In this document: piece after piece, positions 28,407 through 38,773 of the stretch
How the letters are laid out: each line of letters begins with the position of its first letter
Numbering within the stretch: position 1 is the first letter of the stretch
DNA from: a virus
DNA length: 64,000 bases
Virus record (IMG/VR): IMGVR_UViG_3300032323_001387
Coordinates: 64,001 to 128,000 of that record
Direction: 5' to 3' (one strand)
Program-made: the position numbers and the translations under genes
The notes under the pieces: model-generated
What the model saw: the letters and a program-made list of their open reading frames with translations, nothing else
Database searches by the model: none
Told to the model about the DNA's origin: nothing

Positions 28407-30725
28407 ATGGCTACAGTAACCGGTACAGTCGAACCCAGCATACAAGGCGGAGAAGGTTATTTTACTTTTTCGCTAGATGGTATCTCTACATCTAAACAGA
28501 TGGAGAGATTAATCGATTTGACCGAAGACATGGTCAAAAAAGTAGTTGGTAAAGATGCACAAAGCTTAAAACAGCAAAAAGAACAAACAGCAGCCATCGA
28601 AGATAGCACCGAAGCCATTGAAAGTGAAACGGAAGCTAGAAAAGATTCGACGGCCGAATGGCGCAAAACTACCCAATTTGTTAACAATATATTCCACGGG
28701 CGTTTTGGACTAGCTTTAGATGAATCGTCTAAGGGATTGGCAGCGTTTGCAGGTACAGTTGGCTTTGTATACGCTAAATTAGAAAATTATGGCAATGCAT
28801 TAGGCGAAGGCTTGAAGCGTGGTGTTGCAGGTAGTACATTTGATTTGGCAATTGCGGCCAAATCAGCAGGTGTTAGTATTGCTACATTTACCAAAGCCCT
28901 GGGTGAAAGTGGTGGCGGCTTTGCTAGTCTCGGCGATAATGCCACTGATGGTGCAAAACAATTTGGCGGACTAGTAAAGAACGTTAGACGAGCCACAGCT
29001 GACGTCGGAAATCTAGGAATGAATCTGGATGAAATGGCTGTGTTTACTGCTCAACAAACAAAAACAGCAATACAACAGGGCTTTAAAGGTAAAGCAGCGC
29101 AGGATGTTGTTATTAGAAATAGCCGTGAATTAGGCAAAGAATTAGATGTGTTAGCTTCTAGAACAGGTAAGAGTGTTATGGAATTAGCACAGGCTGCAAT
29201 GAAGCTATCCCAAGATCCTATTGTTTCTAACTTTGTTAGAAGTATGCGATCAGGTGGTCGTGAAGTTTCTGCGTCTATACAAAGCTTTGCTGCAAGTATG
29301 CGAGGCTTGTTCGGCGAAGAAGGCGATAAACTAGCACAAGATGCATTACAGTCTGCTATCAGCGGATTACCATTGGCTATTACTGACACTGGTAAAAATA
29401 TGGTATTGGCTGGCTCTGGCATATACGAAGAACTGGAACGACAAGCTCGAAAAGCAAGATCACAGGAAAAAATAACAGAACAGGATCAAGAAAGACTTCG
29501 TGATTTAGTCATGAAGGAAGTCAAAGGTCGAGAACAAGAACTGGCAGTATTAGCACAGATACAGGGAGCAGCCGGCGACAGTGCTCGTGCATTGTTAAAA
29601 ATGGCCGACCAAGCTGAATATTATAACAGCGAAGACGGCAAGAGAGATCGTAGACGTGCCGATTCTGCAAAACAGTTTAACACAGAATTAAGAGCATTGC
29701 AAGCCAGTTTACAAGAACTGCTAATCCCATTATTGAAAGCAATCAATACTATTGACTGGGCCGCAGTGTTCCAAATAATTTCTTATATCCCTAGAAAAAT
29801 AGGCGAAGTAATGGACTTCTTTGGGGCTATGGTTAAATCAATACCTGAGCCTTTGATGACGTTAATAAGTGGGTTAGGATCTGTACTTAGCACATTTGGC
29901 GGTCTGATATTAGGCGCCGGCGTGGCATTAGGTCTGCTAGCAGTGGCCGCAAAATTAGTCAATGGAGGATTAGGCTTAATAGGAAAAGGCTTGGGTGTAT
30001 TGGGCATTACTACACTGCCTACTTACATATCTAAATATGCCATAGTTAATAAAACATTAGATTCATTTACTTCGGCATTGATGAGAGCCGCGACCGCGGC
30101 TAAGACCGGTGGATTTAATTTCCCGCAAAGAGGTCCAACTAGTCCTACTGGCGGTCCAGCTAGTCCCGCCGGTAATAAAACTAGAACTAGTACAATTTTA
30201 GGAGCCGATGGTAAGCCATTAAAAGTTGAAGTACCTGCACCATCCAGCCCAACTACTACATCCACCGGAAGCGTCTCTTCAAAATTAACCAAAGGCATTG
30301 GTATTGGTGCAGTGACATCCATTGCTTCAGATGTCGCTTCTGATATGTTAGGTCGTGAAACAGTCTTGGGTAGAATTGCTGATACAATTGGAACAACAAT
30401 AGCCGGCGCCAGTACTGGATTGATGTTTGGCGGCTTAAAAGGTGCAGCAGTTGGCGGCGCAGTTGGATTAGGTTCAGGTTTATACAAAAACTTGTTCAGC
30501 GATAGCGCAGGCAGTATATCCAGTGATATCACATCGCAGGCAGCGGAAGGAGATAATCCCGTTCTAAAAGCGCAGTTAGCAAGTATTGAACAACAAAAGA
30601 AAACCAATGATCAAATGGCAGAATTGATTAATGAACAAGCTATTGCCAACAGGTTAGCCTCGATAGGATTAGGTAAAGATGATGATTTGGCACGTAGAAT
30701 AAGTGACATAAGCTTTAACGCATAA
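28407..30725 (+). CDS. Probable tail tape measure protein (772 aa)
   Basis: Ala/Gly/Gln-rich helical protein with hydrophobic Gly-rich segments; adjacent to the frameshifting chaperone locus. Confidence 0.65.
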   Translation: MATVTGTVEPSIQGGEGYFTFSLDGISTSKQMERLIDLTEDMVKKVVGKDAQSLKQQKEQTAAIEDSTEAIESETEARKDSTAEWRKTTQFVNNIFHGRFGLALDESSKGLAAFAGTVGFVYAKLENYGNALGEGLKRGVAGSTFDLAIAAKSAGVSIATFTKALGESGGGFASLGDNATDGAKQFGGLVKNVRRATADVGNLGMNLDEMAVFTAQQTKTAIQQGFKGKAAQDVVIRNSRELGKELDVLASRTGKSVMELAQAAMKLSQDPIVSNFVRSMRSGGREVSASIQSFAASMRGLFGEEGDKLAQDALQSAISGLPLAITDTGKNMVLAGSGIYEELERQARKARSQEKITEQDQERLRDLVMKEVKGREQELAVLAQIQGAAGDSARALLKMADQAEYYNSEDGKRDRRRADSAKQFNTELRALQASLQELLIPLLKAINTIDWAAVFQIISYIPRKIGEVMDFFGAMVKSIPEPLMTLISGLGSVLSTFGGLILGAGVALGLLAVAAKLVNGGLGLIGKGLGVLGITTLPTYISKYAIVNKTLDSFTSALMRAATAAKTGGFNFPQRGPTSPTGGPASPAGNKTRTSTILGADGKPLKVEVPAPSSPTTTSTGSVSSKLTKGIGIGAVTSIASDVASDMLGRETVLGRIADTIGTTIAGASTGLMFGGLKGAAVGGAVGLGSGLYKNLFSDSAGSISSDITSQAAEGDNPVLKAQLASIEQQKKTNDQMAELINEQAIANRLASIGLGKDDDLARRISDISFNA

Positions 30726-30759
30726 CGAATAATTTAATAAATATATAACAGGATAAATT

Positions 30760-32487
30760 ATGAGTTGGCGTAAACACTTTCAAATACCACAAACAGCAAA
30801 TGAAGTAGCAGCTTCTAACAGAGGCAAAGAAGCTCATCACATGGGCAGTTCTAGCAAGTTCAGTAGCTGGCTTAAAGACGTATACACAGGTACACCCAAT
30901 CGTGTTGACCGTTATGTTCAATACGAAATAATGGATAACGACAGCGAAGTTAACAGCGCATTAGACACTGTTGCTGAATTTTGTACCCAATTTGACTTTG
31001 AAAGCAATTTGCCTTTTACCATTGAACACTTTCAAGATCCCACCGAAGCAGAAGTTAAGGTATTAAATGCCAGCTTGCGCCAATGGTGTTTGTTAAATGA
31101 TTGGAACAAGCGTGTATGGCGTATGGTACGTAATACGCTAAAATTTGGTGATCAGTTCTTCGTTCGTGATCCTGAAACGTATGTTTTATACTACGTAGAT
31201 GCTTCTGATGTATCGAAAGTTATTATTAACGAAGCTAAGGGTAAAGAAGTTGAACAATATTTGATTAAGAATATTAGCTTAGACGTTAATAACAAAGTAG
31301 CAACAAGCCCATTAATTACGGACCAAAACTATGGTCCCACACAGTTTAATAAACAGGCATTTACACAGTTTGCTACTCCAAACGCAGGTACTAATACTAC
31401 TTCAAATCAAGTAGAAACAGCAGTTAATGCCAGTCACGTTGTGCATTTAAGCCTAAGTGAAGGCATGGATATAAACTATCCATTTGGTACAAGTATTCTT
31501 GAATCAGTGTACAAGGTATATCAACAAAAGAGTTTATTAGAAGATAGTATCATTATCTATCGTGTTCAACGTGCCCCGGAACGTAGGGTATTCTATATTG
31601 ACGTAGGTAACATGCCTGCTAACATGGCTATGAGCTTTGTCGATAGAGTTAAAAATGAGATTCATCAACGTAGAATTCCAAGTCGTACTGGTGGCGGAAC
31701 AAGCATTATGGATGCTAGTTATAACCCATTAAGTATGTTAGAAGACTACTTCTTTGCCCAAACAGCTGAAGGTCGTGGCAGTAAAGTTGAAGTATTGCCG
31801 GGTGGTGATAACTTGGGTCAAATTGATGACTTAAAGTATTTTACTAACAAATTAATGCGAGCATTGCGTATTCCTAGCAGCTATATGCCAACTGGTCCAG
31901 ATGATGGTACAGCATCATATAACGATGGTAGAGTAGGTACAGCCTTTATTCAAGAATATCGCTTTAACAAATATTGCCAGCGTTTACAAAATCTAATGAT
32001 GACTCCATTAGATAAAGAATTTAAAATGTTCTTGAAAAAGAAAGGCATTGAGCTTGATTCAAGTACATTTACACTATCATTCCTACCACCGCAAAGCTTT
32101 AGTGAGTACAGAGAAATTGAAGTTAACAATGCCAGAGCCGCAGTATTTGGACAGCTAAGTGAAGTTGCTTATCTAAGCAGACGCTTTGTATTGAAGAAAT
32201 ATCTAGGCTTAACTGATGAAGAACTAGTTGATAACGAACAAATGTGGCGTGAAGAGAATCCAGAAGATGATGGAAGTCAAATGCCATCAGCGGATGCTTC
32301 ATTAGCAGGCAGCGATCTTAATACCTTAGGTGTACAGCGTCCAACTGATGCTGACATGGATGAATTAGGACAGATTGAACAAGGTGCTCAAGCACCAGCT
32401 CAGGGAGCAGAACCCGGCACAGCTAGCCCATTAGGCGGAGCACCAGCAGCCGGAGCACCCACACCAACCCCAGGAGCACCAGCATGA
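30760..32487 (+). CDS. Portal protein, T4 gp20-like
   Basis: LLEDSIIIYRVQRAPERRVFYIDVGNMP...EDYFF...GRGSKVEVLPGGDNLGQIDDLKYF...LRIPSS. Confidence 0.95.
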   Translation: MSWRKHFQIPQTANEVAASNRGKEAHHMGSSSKFSSWLKDVYTGTPNRVDRYVQYEIMDNDSEVNSALDTVAEFCTQFDFESNLPFTIEHFQDPTEAEVKVLNASLRQWCLLNDWNKRVWRMVRNTLKFGDQFFVRDPETYVLYYVDASDVSKVIINEAKGKEVEQYLIKNISLDVNNKVATSPLITDQNYGPTQFNKQAFTQFATPNAGTNTTSNQVETAVNASHVVHLSLSEGMDINYPFGTSILESVYKVYQQKSLLEDSIIIYRVQRAPERRVFYIDVGNMPANMAMSFVDRVKNEIHQRRIPSRTGGGTSIMDASYNPLSMLEDYFFAQTAEGRGSKVEVLPGGDNLGQIDDLKYFTNKLMRALRIPSSYMPTGPDDGTASYNDGRVGTAFIQEYRFNKYCQRLQNLMMTPLDKEFKMFLKKKGIELDSSTFTLSFLPPQSFSEYREIEVNNARAAVFGQLSEVAYLSRRFVLKKYLGLTDEELVDNEQMWREENPEDDGSQMPSADASLAGSDLNTLGVQRPTDADMDELGQIEQGAQAPAQGAEPGTASPLGGAPAAGAPTPTPGAPA

Positions 32488-32690
32488 AATTAATGGAAGT
32501 TAAACCAGGATTTAATGATCCTGCTAATAATGAATTAGTTAAATCGAAAAAAATGGATACAAGGCGTCCTAGACTGACACTTGAACATTTGAGTAAGCTT
32601 AGAAAAATGCGCGAAATTCGAAAGCTAGAAATCGAAGAGCGCAAAGAACTTTATAAGAAGATTTACCAGCGACCCGTAGCGCCAATGTAA
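32484..32690 (+). CDS. Small basic head-module protein (68 aa)
   Basis: ATGA overlap with portal; DTRRPRLTLEHLSKLRKMRE. Confidence 0.7.
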   Translation: MKLMEVKPGFNDPANNELVKSKKMDTRRPRLTLEHLSKLRKMREIRKLEIEERKELYKKIYQRPVAPM

Positions 32691-32703
32691 ATTTCTTATA
32701 CTT

Positions 32704-32735
32704 ACCCTGGTTTTCTTTTAGAAAACTGGGTTTTT
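32704..32735 (+). terminator. Intrinsic terminator
   Basis: ACCCTGGTTTTCT-TTT-AGAAAACTGGGT followed by T-run. Confidence 0.7.
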
Positions 32736-32819
32736 AACTCTATTTCTCCCATACTTTTGTAATATATCTGTAAATATGATACAGACAACCACTTTTGGCC
32801 AAAAGGAGAGAAATACATT

Positions 32820-33671
32820 ATGTCTAAACATACATTAGAACAAGTTTTAGAAGCCCTTATTAACAAAGAAGATGATCGTGCAAGCGACTTGCTACATCAA
32901 TACTTTGTTCAAAAAGGCAAATCAATCTATGAAGAGCTAAGTCAATTCGACGAAGCTGCTGAAGAAGAATTAGACGAAGAAGTCGAAGAAGAATTAGAAG
33001 AAGGCTTTGGTGCAGCTCCTAGTCAAGACTTCGAAGATGAGATCATCGCTAACGAAGATGACCTAGAAGACGAAAGTTTATTCGGCGAAGCTGAAGGCGA
33101 CAACGAAGACCCAATGGCAGCTGACGAACCAACAGACGACGAAGCAACAGCTGACTTGGCTATGGACGACGCAGAAGGTGCCGAAGGCGGAGAAGGCGCT
33201 CCAGCAGGTGCTGAAGGCGCAGCAGAAAAGCTAGACGTTGCCACAGACGCACTAGAAGAACTAAAAGCATTCTTTGCTGAACTAACTGGTGACGAGCCAG
33301 CTGGTGATGACATGGGTGCCGACATGGGCGATGAGCCTGCTATGGGTGGTGACGAGCCAACTAAAGAAGGTTATCGTGCTTTTGGTGAAGCAGCAACTTT
33401 AAAAGCTGTTAGCAAGCCAACTCCAGGCGACAACGGCGCTAACACAAAGAGCCCAACAGCAACTGGTAAGCGTATCGACAGCAATGGCGCTAAGGCAGTT
33501 AACTTCACAGGCGAAGCTGGTGCAGGTCAAGCTACTCCAAGCAGCAAGACTGATGACATGGGCAACGTAAACAAAGTTGGCAATGCAAAAGCTCCAGCGC
33601 AGAAAAGCGTAAGCGTTCCTAAGAACAGCGATGCAGCTAGCAACAAGACTAGTCCAGTAGCAAAGAGTTAA
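32820..33671 (+). CDS. Acidic prohead core / internal head protein
   Basis: Very Glu/Asp-rich, low complexity; between portal and protease; TAAATA and AAGGAG upstream. Confidence 0.65.
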   Translation: MSKHTLEQVLEALINKEDDRASDLLHQYFVQKGKSIYEELSQFDEAAEEELDEEVEEELEEGFGAAPSQDFEDEIIANEDDLEDESLFGEAEGDNEDPMAADEPTDDEATADLAMDDAEGAEGGEGAPAGAEGAAEKLDVATDALEELKAFFAELTGDEPAGDDMGADMGDEPAMGGDEPTKEGYRAFGEAATLKAVSKPTPGDNGANTKSPTATGKRIDSNGAKAVNFTGEAGAGQATPSSKTDDMGNVNKVGNAKAPAQKSVSVPKNSDAASNKTSPVAKS

Positions 33672-33675
33672 TTAA

Positions 33676-34314
33676 ATGGCATACTTACCATTAGTAGAAT
33701 CTTTAACATACGATCAGGCGAAGATGAAAACTCACCTGATTGAGAACGCCTCTGGTGGCAAGGATCTCTACATGGAAGGCATTTTCATTGAAGGTGGTGT
33801 ACGCAATCATAACCAACGTGTATACCAAGTCAGTGAAATTGCCAAAGCATGTTCTGCCATTTCAGAAAAAATTAAAAACGGTTTCAGTGTGCTCGGCGAA
33901 GCTGATCACCCTGATGACTTACAAGTTAACTTAGACCGTGTTAGTCACATGATTACAAATATGTACATGAATGAAAACACTGGTATAGGTAAATTAAAAA
34001 TCCTACCAACACCAATGGGTAAAATCGTTGAAACGTTGTTGACAAGCGGAGTTAAGCTTGGTGTTTCAAGTAGGGGTTCAGGAAACGTCAATGAATCTGG
34101 TGGCGTTTCTGATTTTGAGATAGTCACGGTTGACATCGTGGCCCAACCAAGTGCTCCAAATGCATATCCAAAAGCTATCTATGAACGTGTTATGCACGAC
34201 CGTAGACGCGGCGCCCTATGGGACGTTGCATCAGCTTCCAAGTATGACAATAAAGCACAAAAATACCTCAAGGAAGAGGTTCTCAGGTTCATCAATAACC
34301 TAAATAAAAATTAA
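33676..34314 (+). CDS. Prohead protease, T4 gp21-like
   Basis: LYMEGIFI...NHNQRVY...GEADHP...VSHMI...GVSSRGSG...DIVAQPSAPNAYP. Confidence 0.93.
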   Translation: MAYLPLVESLTYDQAKMKTHLIENASGGKDLYMEGIFIEGGVRNHNQRVYQVSEIAKACSAISEKIKNGFSVLGEADHPDDLQVNLDRVSHMITNMYMNENTGIGKLKILPTPMGKIVETLLTSGVKLGVSSRGSGNVNESGGVSDFEIVTVDIVAQPSAPNAYPKAIYERVMHDRRRGALWDVASASKYDNKAQKYLKEEVLRFINNLNKN

Positions 34315-34325
34315 GGGGAATAAAG

Positions 34326-35432
34326 ATGAGCGGAATTAAAGAACTATTTGGCACTGAGGTTTTATCTGAGGAAGTTCAAAGTCAACTACAAGAGGCATGG
34401 GATAACCAAGCTAAAGTATTGCGTGAAGAAGTGGAAGCTAATTTACGTGAAGAATTTAGCCAACGTTATGAACATGACAAAGGCCTTATTGTAGAGGCAG
34501 CGGACAAAATGATTTCCGAAGCTATTCGTAAAGAACTTGAAGAGTTAGCTATTGACAAGCGTGAACTTGTAGAATCGAAAGTTGCCTACAAGAAGCAAGT
34601 TAAAGAACATGCTAAACTTTTAAACAAGTTTGTTTTAGAAGCATTGGCTAAGGAAGTTAAAGAACTTAGAGAAGACCGCACTGCACAGAAAGCAAACTTC
34701 GAGAAACTTGAAGAATTTGCTCTTAAGAAACTAAGCAACGAACTACGTGAGTTGAAAGAAGACGAAGACAAATTAGTTAAGGCTCGTGTCGACCTAGTAA
34801 CCGAAGGTCGCAAAGTAATAGCTGAAGCAAAAGCAAAATTCATCAAAGAAGCAGCCGTTAAAGCTGAAAAACTTCTAGGTGAATCATTGCGTAATGAAAT
34901 CACACAACTACGTGAAGACATTCAAGTAAGTCGTGAAAATGCATTTGGTCGTAAGATCATGGAAGCATTTGCTGGTGAATTTATGGCAAGTGGTTTTGCT
35001 GACGGCACACAAGTTAAGAAGCTTGGTGACAAACTAGCAATTTTGGAATCTAAACTAAGTGAAGCTACGAAAGTAGTTACAGAGAAAGATGCTGAAATTG
35101 CCAAAGCACAATCCAAGATTCGCATTGCTGAAGATGCTGTAAAGCGTCAAAGTATTATGCAAGAGTTGGTAGCTCCGCTAGGTAAAGAAAAGCGTGAGAT
35201 CATGGAAGATTTGTTAAAGACAACAAAGACCGAAAGTCTACGTGAATCATATAACAAATACCTACCAGCTGTTTTAAATGAAACAGCAGCTAAGCCAACA
35301 GGCAAAGCTGTAATTTCCGAAAGCGCAACATCGCAGAAGACTGCGGTAACAGGCGATAAAGCTTCTAGTGATAACACTGCTCCGGCAGACATTATTTCAC
35401 TAAGAAAATTAGCCGGAATTGGAAAAATTTAA
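34326..35432 (+). CDS. Prohead scaffolding protein, T4 gp22-like
   Basis: Long Glu/Lys coiled coil between protease and MCP; C-terminal LRKLAGI. Confidence 0.85.
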   Translation: MSGIKELFGTEVLSEEVQSQLQEAWDNQAKVLREEVEANLREEFSQRYEHDKGLIVEAADKMISEAIRKELEELAIDKRELVESKVAYKKQVKEHAKLLNKFVLEALAKEVKELREDRTAQKANFEKLEEFALKKLSNELRELKEDEDKLVKARVDLVTEGRKVIAEAKAKFIKEAAVKAEKLLGESLRNEITQLREDIQVSRENAFGRKIMEAFAGEFMASGFADGTQVKKLGDKLAILESKLSEATKVVTEKDAEIAKAQSKIRIAEDAVKRQSIMQELVAPLGKEKREIMEDLLKTTKTESLRESYNKYLPAVLNETAAKPTGKAVISESATSQKTAVTGDKASSDNTAPADIISLRKLAGIGKI

Positions 35433-35442
35433 GGAGACTATT

Positions 35443-36624
35443 ATGTCTGAAAAACTTTTCGAAGCCCAGAACTGGACTGCAACTAAAGACGTTCTACTAG
35501 AAGGCTTGAATGGCAACCGTAAGGCTGTTATGGAATCTGTGTTAGAAAACACAAAGAAAAATATTATGGAATCTGCTAGCGCAGGTGCCACACAAAGCGG
35601 TAACATCGCTGTTCTTAACAAGGTAATTTTACCTGTTATCCGTCGTGTTATGCCTACTGTTATTGCTAACGAGATCATCGGTGTTCAACCAATGACTGGT
35701 CCAGTTGGTCAAATTCACACTCTACGTGTACGTTATGCTGAAACTGCCGCTGGCGTTACAGCAGGTAGCGAAGCATTGAGCCCATTCAACATTGCTAAAG
35801 CATATTCCGGTAACGGCGATGCTAACAATCCAGGCCCAGAAGCAACTGCTACAATGGAAGGTGCTATTGGTAAGAAGTTAAGCATCCAGATCTTGAAACA
35901 GACTGTTGAAGCTAAAACTCGTAAGATGTCTGCACGTTGGACATTTGAAGCTGCTCAAGACGCACAAGCTATGCATGGTTTGGACGTTGAGGCAGAAATC
36001 ATGGCTGCTTTGGCACAAGAAATCACTGCTGAAATCGACCAAGAGTTGCTAGGTAAACTACGTACTCTAAGCGGTGCCGCAGTTCACACTTTTGACCAAG
36101 GTCAAAACGGTACAGCATTCACAGGTAGCCCAACATTCGTTGGTGACCAACATGCTGCTCTAGCTATTATGATCAATGATGTTGCTAACCGTATCGCTCA
36201 ACGCACACGTCGTGGCGCAGGTAACTATGTTGTTGTTTCCCCAACAGCATTGACTATCCTACAAAGTGCTACAACTTCTGCGTTCGCACGTACTACAGAA
36301 GGTACATTCGAAGCTCCGACAAACACAAAGTTTGCTGGTACATTGAACAGCTCAGTTCGTGTTTATGTTGACAGCTATGCTGACGCAACTACACCGATCT
36401 TGGTTGGTTACAAAGGTCCTAACGAAATGGACGCAGCAGCTTTCTATTGCCCATACATCCCATTGATGAGCAGTGGTGTTGTTCTTGATCCAGCTACAAT
36501 GGAACCAGTCGTATCTTTCATGACACGTTATGGTTATGTTGAGTTAACAAACACAGCATCATCTCTTGGTAATGCTGCTGACTACCTAGGCAAAATTGCT
36601 ATGGGTAGTGCTAAGTTCTTCTAA
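35443..36624 (+). CDS. Major capsid protein, T4 gp23-like
   Basis: IRRVMPTVIANEIIGVQPMTGPVGQIHTLR...VEAKTRKMSARWTFEAAQD...FYCPYIPL...FMTRYG; start ATG 35443 after AAGGAG. Confidence 0.96.
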   Translation: MSEKLFEAQNWTATKDVLLEGLNGNRKAVMESVLENTKKNIMESASAGATQSGNIAVLNKVILPVIRRVMPTVIANEIIGVQPMTGPVGQIHTLRVRYAETAAGVTAGSEALSPFNIAKAYSGNGDANNPGPEATATMEGAIGKKLSIQILKQTVEAKTRKMSARWTFEAAQDAQAMHGLDVEAEIMAALAQEITAEIDQELLGKLRTLSGAAVHTFDQGQNGTAFTGSPTFVGDQHAALAIMINDVANRIAQRTRRGAGNYVVVSPTALTILQSATTSAFARTTEGTFEAPTNTKFAGTLNSSVRVYVDSYADATTPILVGYKGPNEMDAAAFYCPYIPLMSSGVVLDPATMEPVVSFMTRYGYVELTNTASSLGNAADYLGKIAMGSAKFF

Positions 36625-36650
36625 ATCGAAATTTCGATTTTACAACTTAC

Positions 36651-36675
36651 AAAAGGGCTCTTCGGAGCCCTTTTT
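36651..36675 (+). terminator. Intrinsic terminator, UUCG loop
   Basis: AAAAGGGCTC-TTCG-GAGCCCTTTTT; identical hairpin at 43921-43946. Confidence 0.9.
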
Positions 36676-36692
36676 GTTCTATAAATAATCAT

Positions 36693-36926
36693 ATGTTTAA
36701 AACAGTAAGTCAAGAAGTTAAAGTAGAACGCATGTCTATATGTAAACAATGCGACTCATTTATAAGTAGCATGTCTACTTGTAAACAATGCGGATGTTAT
36801 ATGCCAGCAAAAGCTACTTTTGCTAGTAGTGAGTGCCCAGACAAAAAATGGACAACTGCACCTGCCGGCGAAAATCTAATAAATAAGATAGAGGAAATGA
36901 TTCTCGAAAGCTGGAATAAACAATAA
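36693..36926 (+). CDS. Small Cys-rich (probable Zn-binding) protein
   Basis: RMSICKQC...TCKQCGCYMPAKA...SECPDKKW; TATAAATA late promoter 5 nt upstream of ATG. Confidence 0.7.
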   Translation: MFKTVSQEVKVERMSICKQCDSFISSMSTCKQCGCYMPAKATFASSECPDKKWTTAPAGENLINKIEEMILESWNKQ

Positions 36927-37324
36927 TGGCAGACTTATATACCAAGTTACATGGTACAACTACTGATAGATTTAAAATAGGCTTAAAAAACCAACGAGTT
37001 ACATTGTCTGGCAATACAGTTAATACAGCAACAACAGAATTATTAGACAGGGACGGATTAAAATATACAGCAGAATCTACAGTATTCTTTACAGCATATA
37101 TTGTTGGCAAAGGTGCAAATGTGGCTGCTTATGAAATAAAAGGTTGTTATTTACAAGGCACTACAACAATATCTGGTTACGTTACAAACACTTATGTTGA
37201 TACTAACAACTTTACAGAGCCAACGATAAGTTTTAATGCCGACGGCGATATTACAGTGACTGTCACTGGCGTAGGTACTGATGTTATAGATTGGACAGCA
37301 GTTATTGATTTCGTTTCAATATAA
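36926..37324 (+). CDS. Putative virion structural protein (132 aa, beta-rich)
   Basis: Thr/Val-rich; in the late operon with fibre genes. Confidence 0.6.
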   Translation: MADLYTKLHGTTTDRFKIGLKNQRVTLSGNTVNTATTELLDRDGLKYTAESTVFFTAYIVGKGANVAAYEIKGCYLQGTTTISGYVTNTYVDTNNFTEPTISFNADGDITVTVTGVGTDVIDWTAVIDFVSI

Positions 37325-37333
37325 GAGAGTAAT

Positions 37334-38476
37334 ATGGCAATTAAAGTAAATCATTCAACAGAAACATTAACTCCAGAAAGCGGCGTCTTAGAAGTTAATG
37401 CACAAGGTGCGTTAAAACTTCCAACAGGCAGTTCTTTACAACGTCCAATTGGCACAGAAGGTCAACTGCGATATTCCAATGAGTTGTTTAATCCTGAATT
37501 TTTTGATGGAACAACTTGGCGCTTATTAACGAATAAAGACTATGTTGATAGTCAAATAACACAAACTGATAGCGATCTTACTAATACCATTAATAACTTA
37601 CAGTTGAATGATTTGACTGACGTAACCGTTACAAATCCAACTACAGGTGAAGTGTTAGTATATGACACGACCATAGGACAATTTAGAAGTCAAACCAATG
37701 CACTGACACCTATAACAAGAAATTTTATGGGTGATGGTACAACGTTAGAATTTGATATTCAAACCAGTGTGAGTAATCCAAACTTATTGGTAGTATCTAT
37801 CAACGGTATTACGCAAGAACCTTATTATAGTTATACGATTGTAGACGGTACGACACTTACATTTGATGAAGCACCTGCACAAAGTGATAGAATACAAGTT
37901 CGTATCCTTAGGAGTAACACTACCAGTGATAGACCTAGACCTAAAATAACTAATATATCTTATAGCACATTAGGCCAATACACAACGATTTCAGTCGTAT
38001 GTTTAGACATAACATACGGCACAGGCGCCAAAATTGGTGGCCAAGCAATAACTAGGATAGATTACCCTAGCGAAAATATTCTTCAACTTATGGTTGAGAC
38101 AAGTCAAGTAACAGGTTCCTTATGGAATACTGCACAAGACTTAACGCTGGTCGATACCAGCGGCAATGAATATGTTTATAAAAATTTAATAAATTATGGT
38201 TCAAGCAAGCCTCAGTTTACAGATAGCACATCATATATTGGGCGATTTAGAGGTGGAGACAGTATTAATTTTCCAATTGGAGTAAATAATACTACAAGTA
38301 TAAACATACAGCCTGCTAATGCAGGTGAATCCGCAATTAGCTGGTTGTCAGTAAGCGGAACAAGTATCGTAGGAACTGCTCCTAATAACAGCAATCCTAG
38401 TCGATACGAAATTACAATAGTAGCCAGTGATGGTCTTATTAATATAACTAAGAACTACTGGCTACTAGTCATATGA
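37334..38476 (+). CDS. Fibre-associated structural protein (LNDLTDV repeat, GDGTT-F domain, Ig-like C-terminus)
   Basis: LPTGSSLQRP..GQLRY, LNDLTDV..GEVLVYD, NFMGDGTTLEF...VSINGITQEP, typical of phage fibre modules. Confidence 0.65.
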   Translation: MAIKVNHSTETLTPESGVLEVNAQGALKLPTGSSLQRPIGTEGQLRYSNELFNPEFFDGTTWRLLTNKDYVDSQITQTDSDLTNTINNLQLNDLTDVTVTNPTTGEVLVYDTTIGQFRSQTNALTPITRNFMGDGTTLEFDIQTSVSNPNLLVVSINGITQEPYYSYTIVDGTTLTFDEAPAQSDRIQVRILRSNTTSDRPRPKITNISYSTLGQYTTISVVCLDITYGTGAKIGGQAITRIDYPSENILQLMVETSQVTGSLWNTAQDLTLVDTSGNEYVYKNLINYGSSKPQFTDSTSYIGRFRGGDSINFPIGVNNTTSINIQPANAGESAISWLSVSGTSIVGTAPNNSNPSRYEITIVASDGLINITKNYWLLVI

Positions 38477-38528
38477 ACTTATCCTAAGTTGGCGGCACCA
38501 AACTTAAACATGCCAAGGAGTTGATAAG

Positions 38529-38735
38529 ATGCCTTTAATAAAGTTGAGGTCCAGTTCTATAACCGAAAGCGTAAATTTACGTGGACAACCAACTGCATCT
38601 AGTCAAATTTCCGAAATAGCTACAACGGAATTCGTAACTCATGAAGTTGCTAATTTAGTTGATTCTGCTCCTGAGTTACTTAATACTCTAGCAGAGTTAG
38701 CGCAGTCTTTGGGCACAGACCAAAATCAAGCCTAA
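38529..38735 (+). CDS. Short paralog of the N-terminus of the downstream fibre protein (68 aa)
   Basis: MPLIKLRSSSI...LRGQPTA...LVDSAPELLNTLAELA matches MPLIKARSSSI...LRGQPTA...LVDSAPGLLDTLNELA; AAGGAG RBS. Confidence 0.7.
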   Translation: MPLIKLRSSSITESVNLRGQPTASSQISEIATTEFVTHEVANLVDSAPELLNTLAELAQSLGTDQNQA

Positions 38736-38773
38736 CAGAATTTCATTAGAAATTCTATTTTAAGGATAATAAA

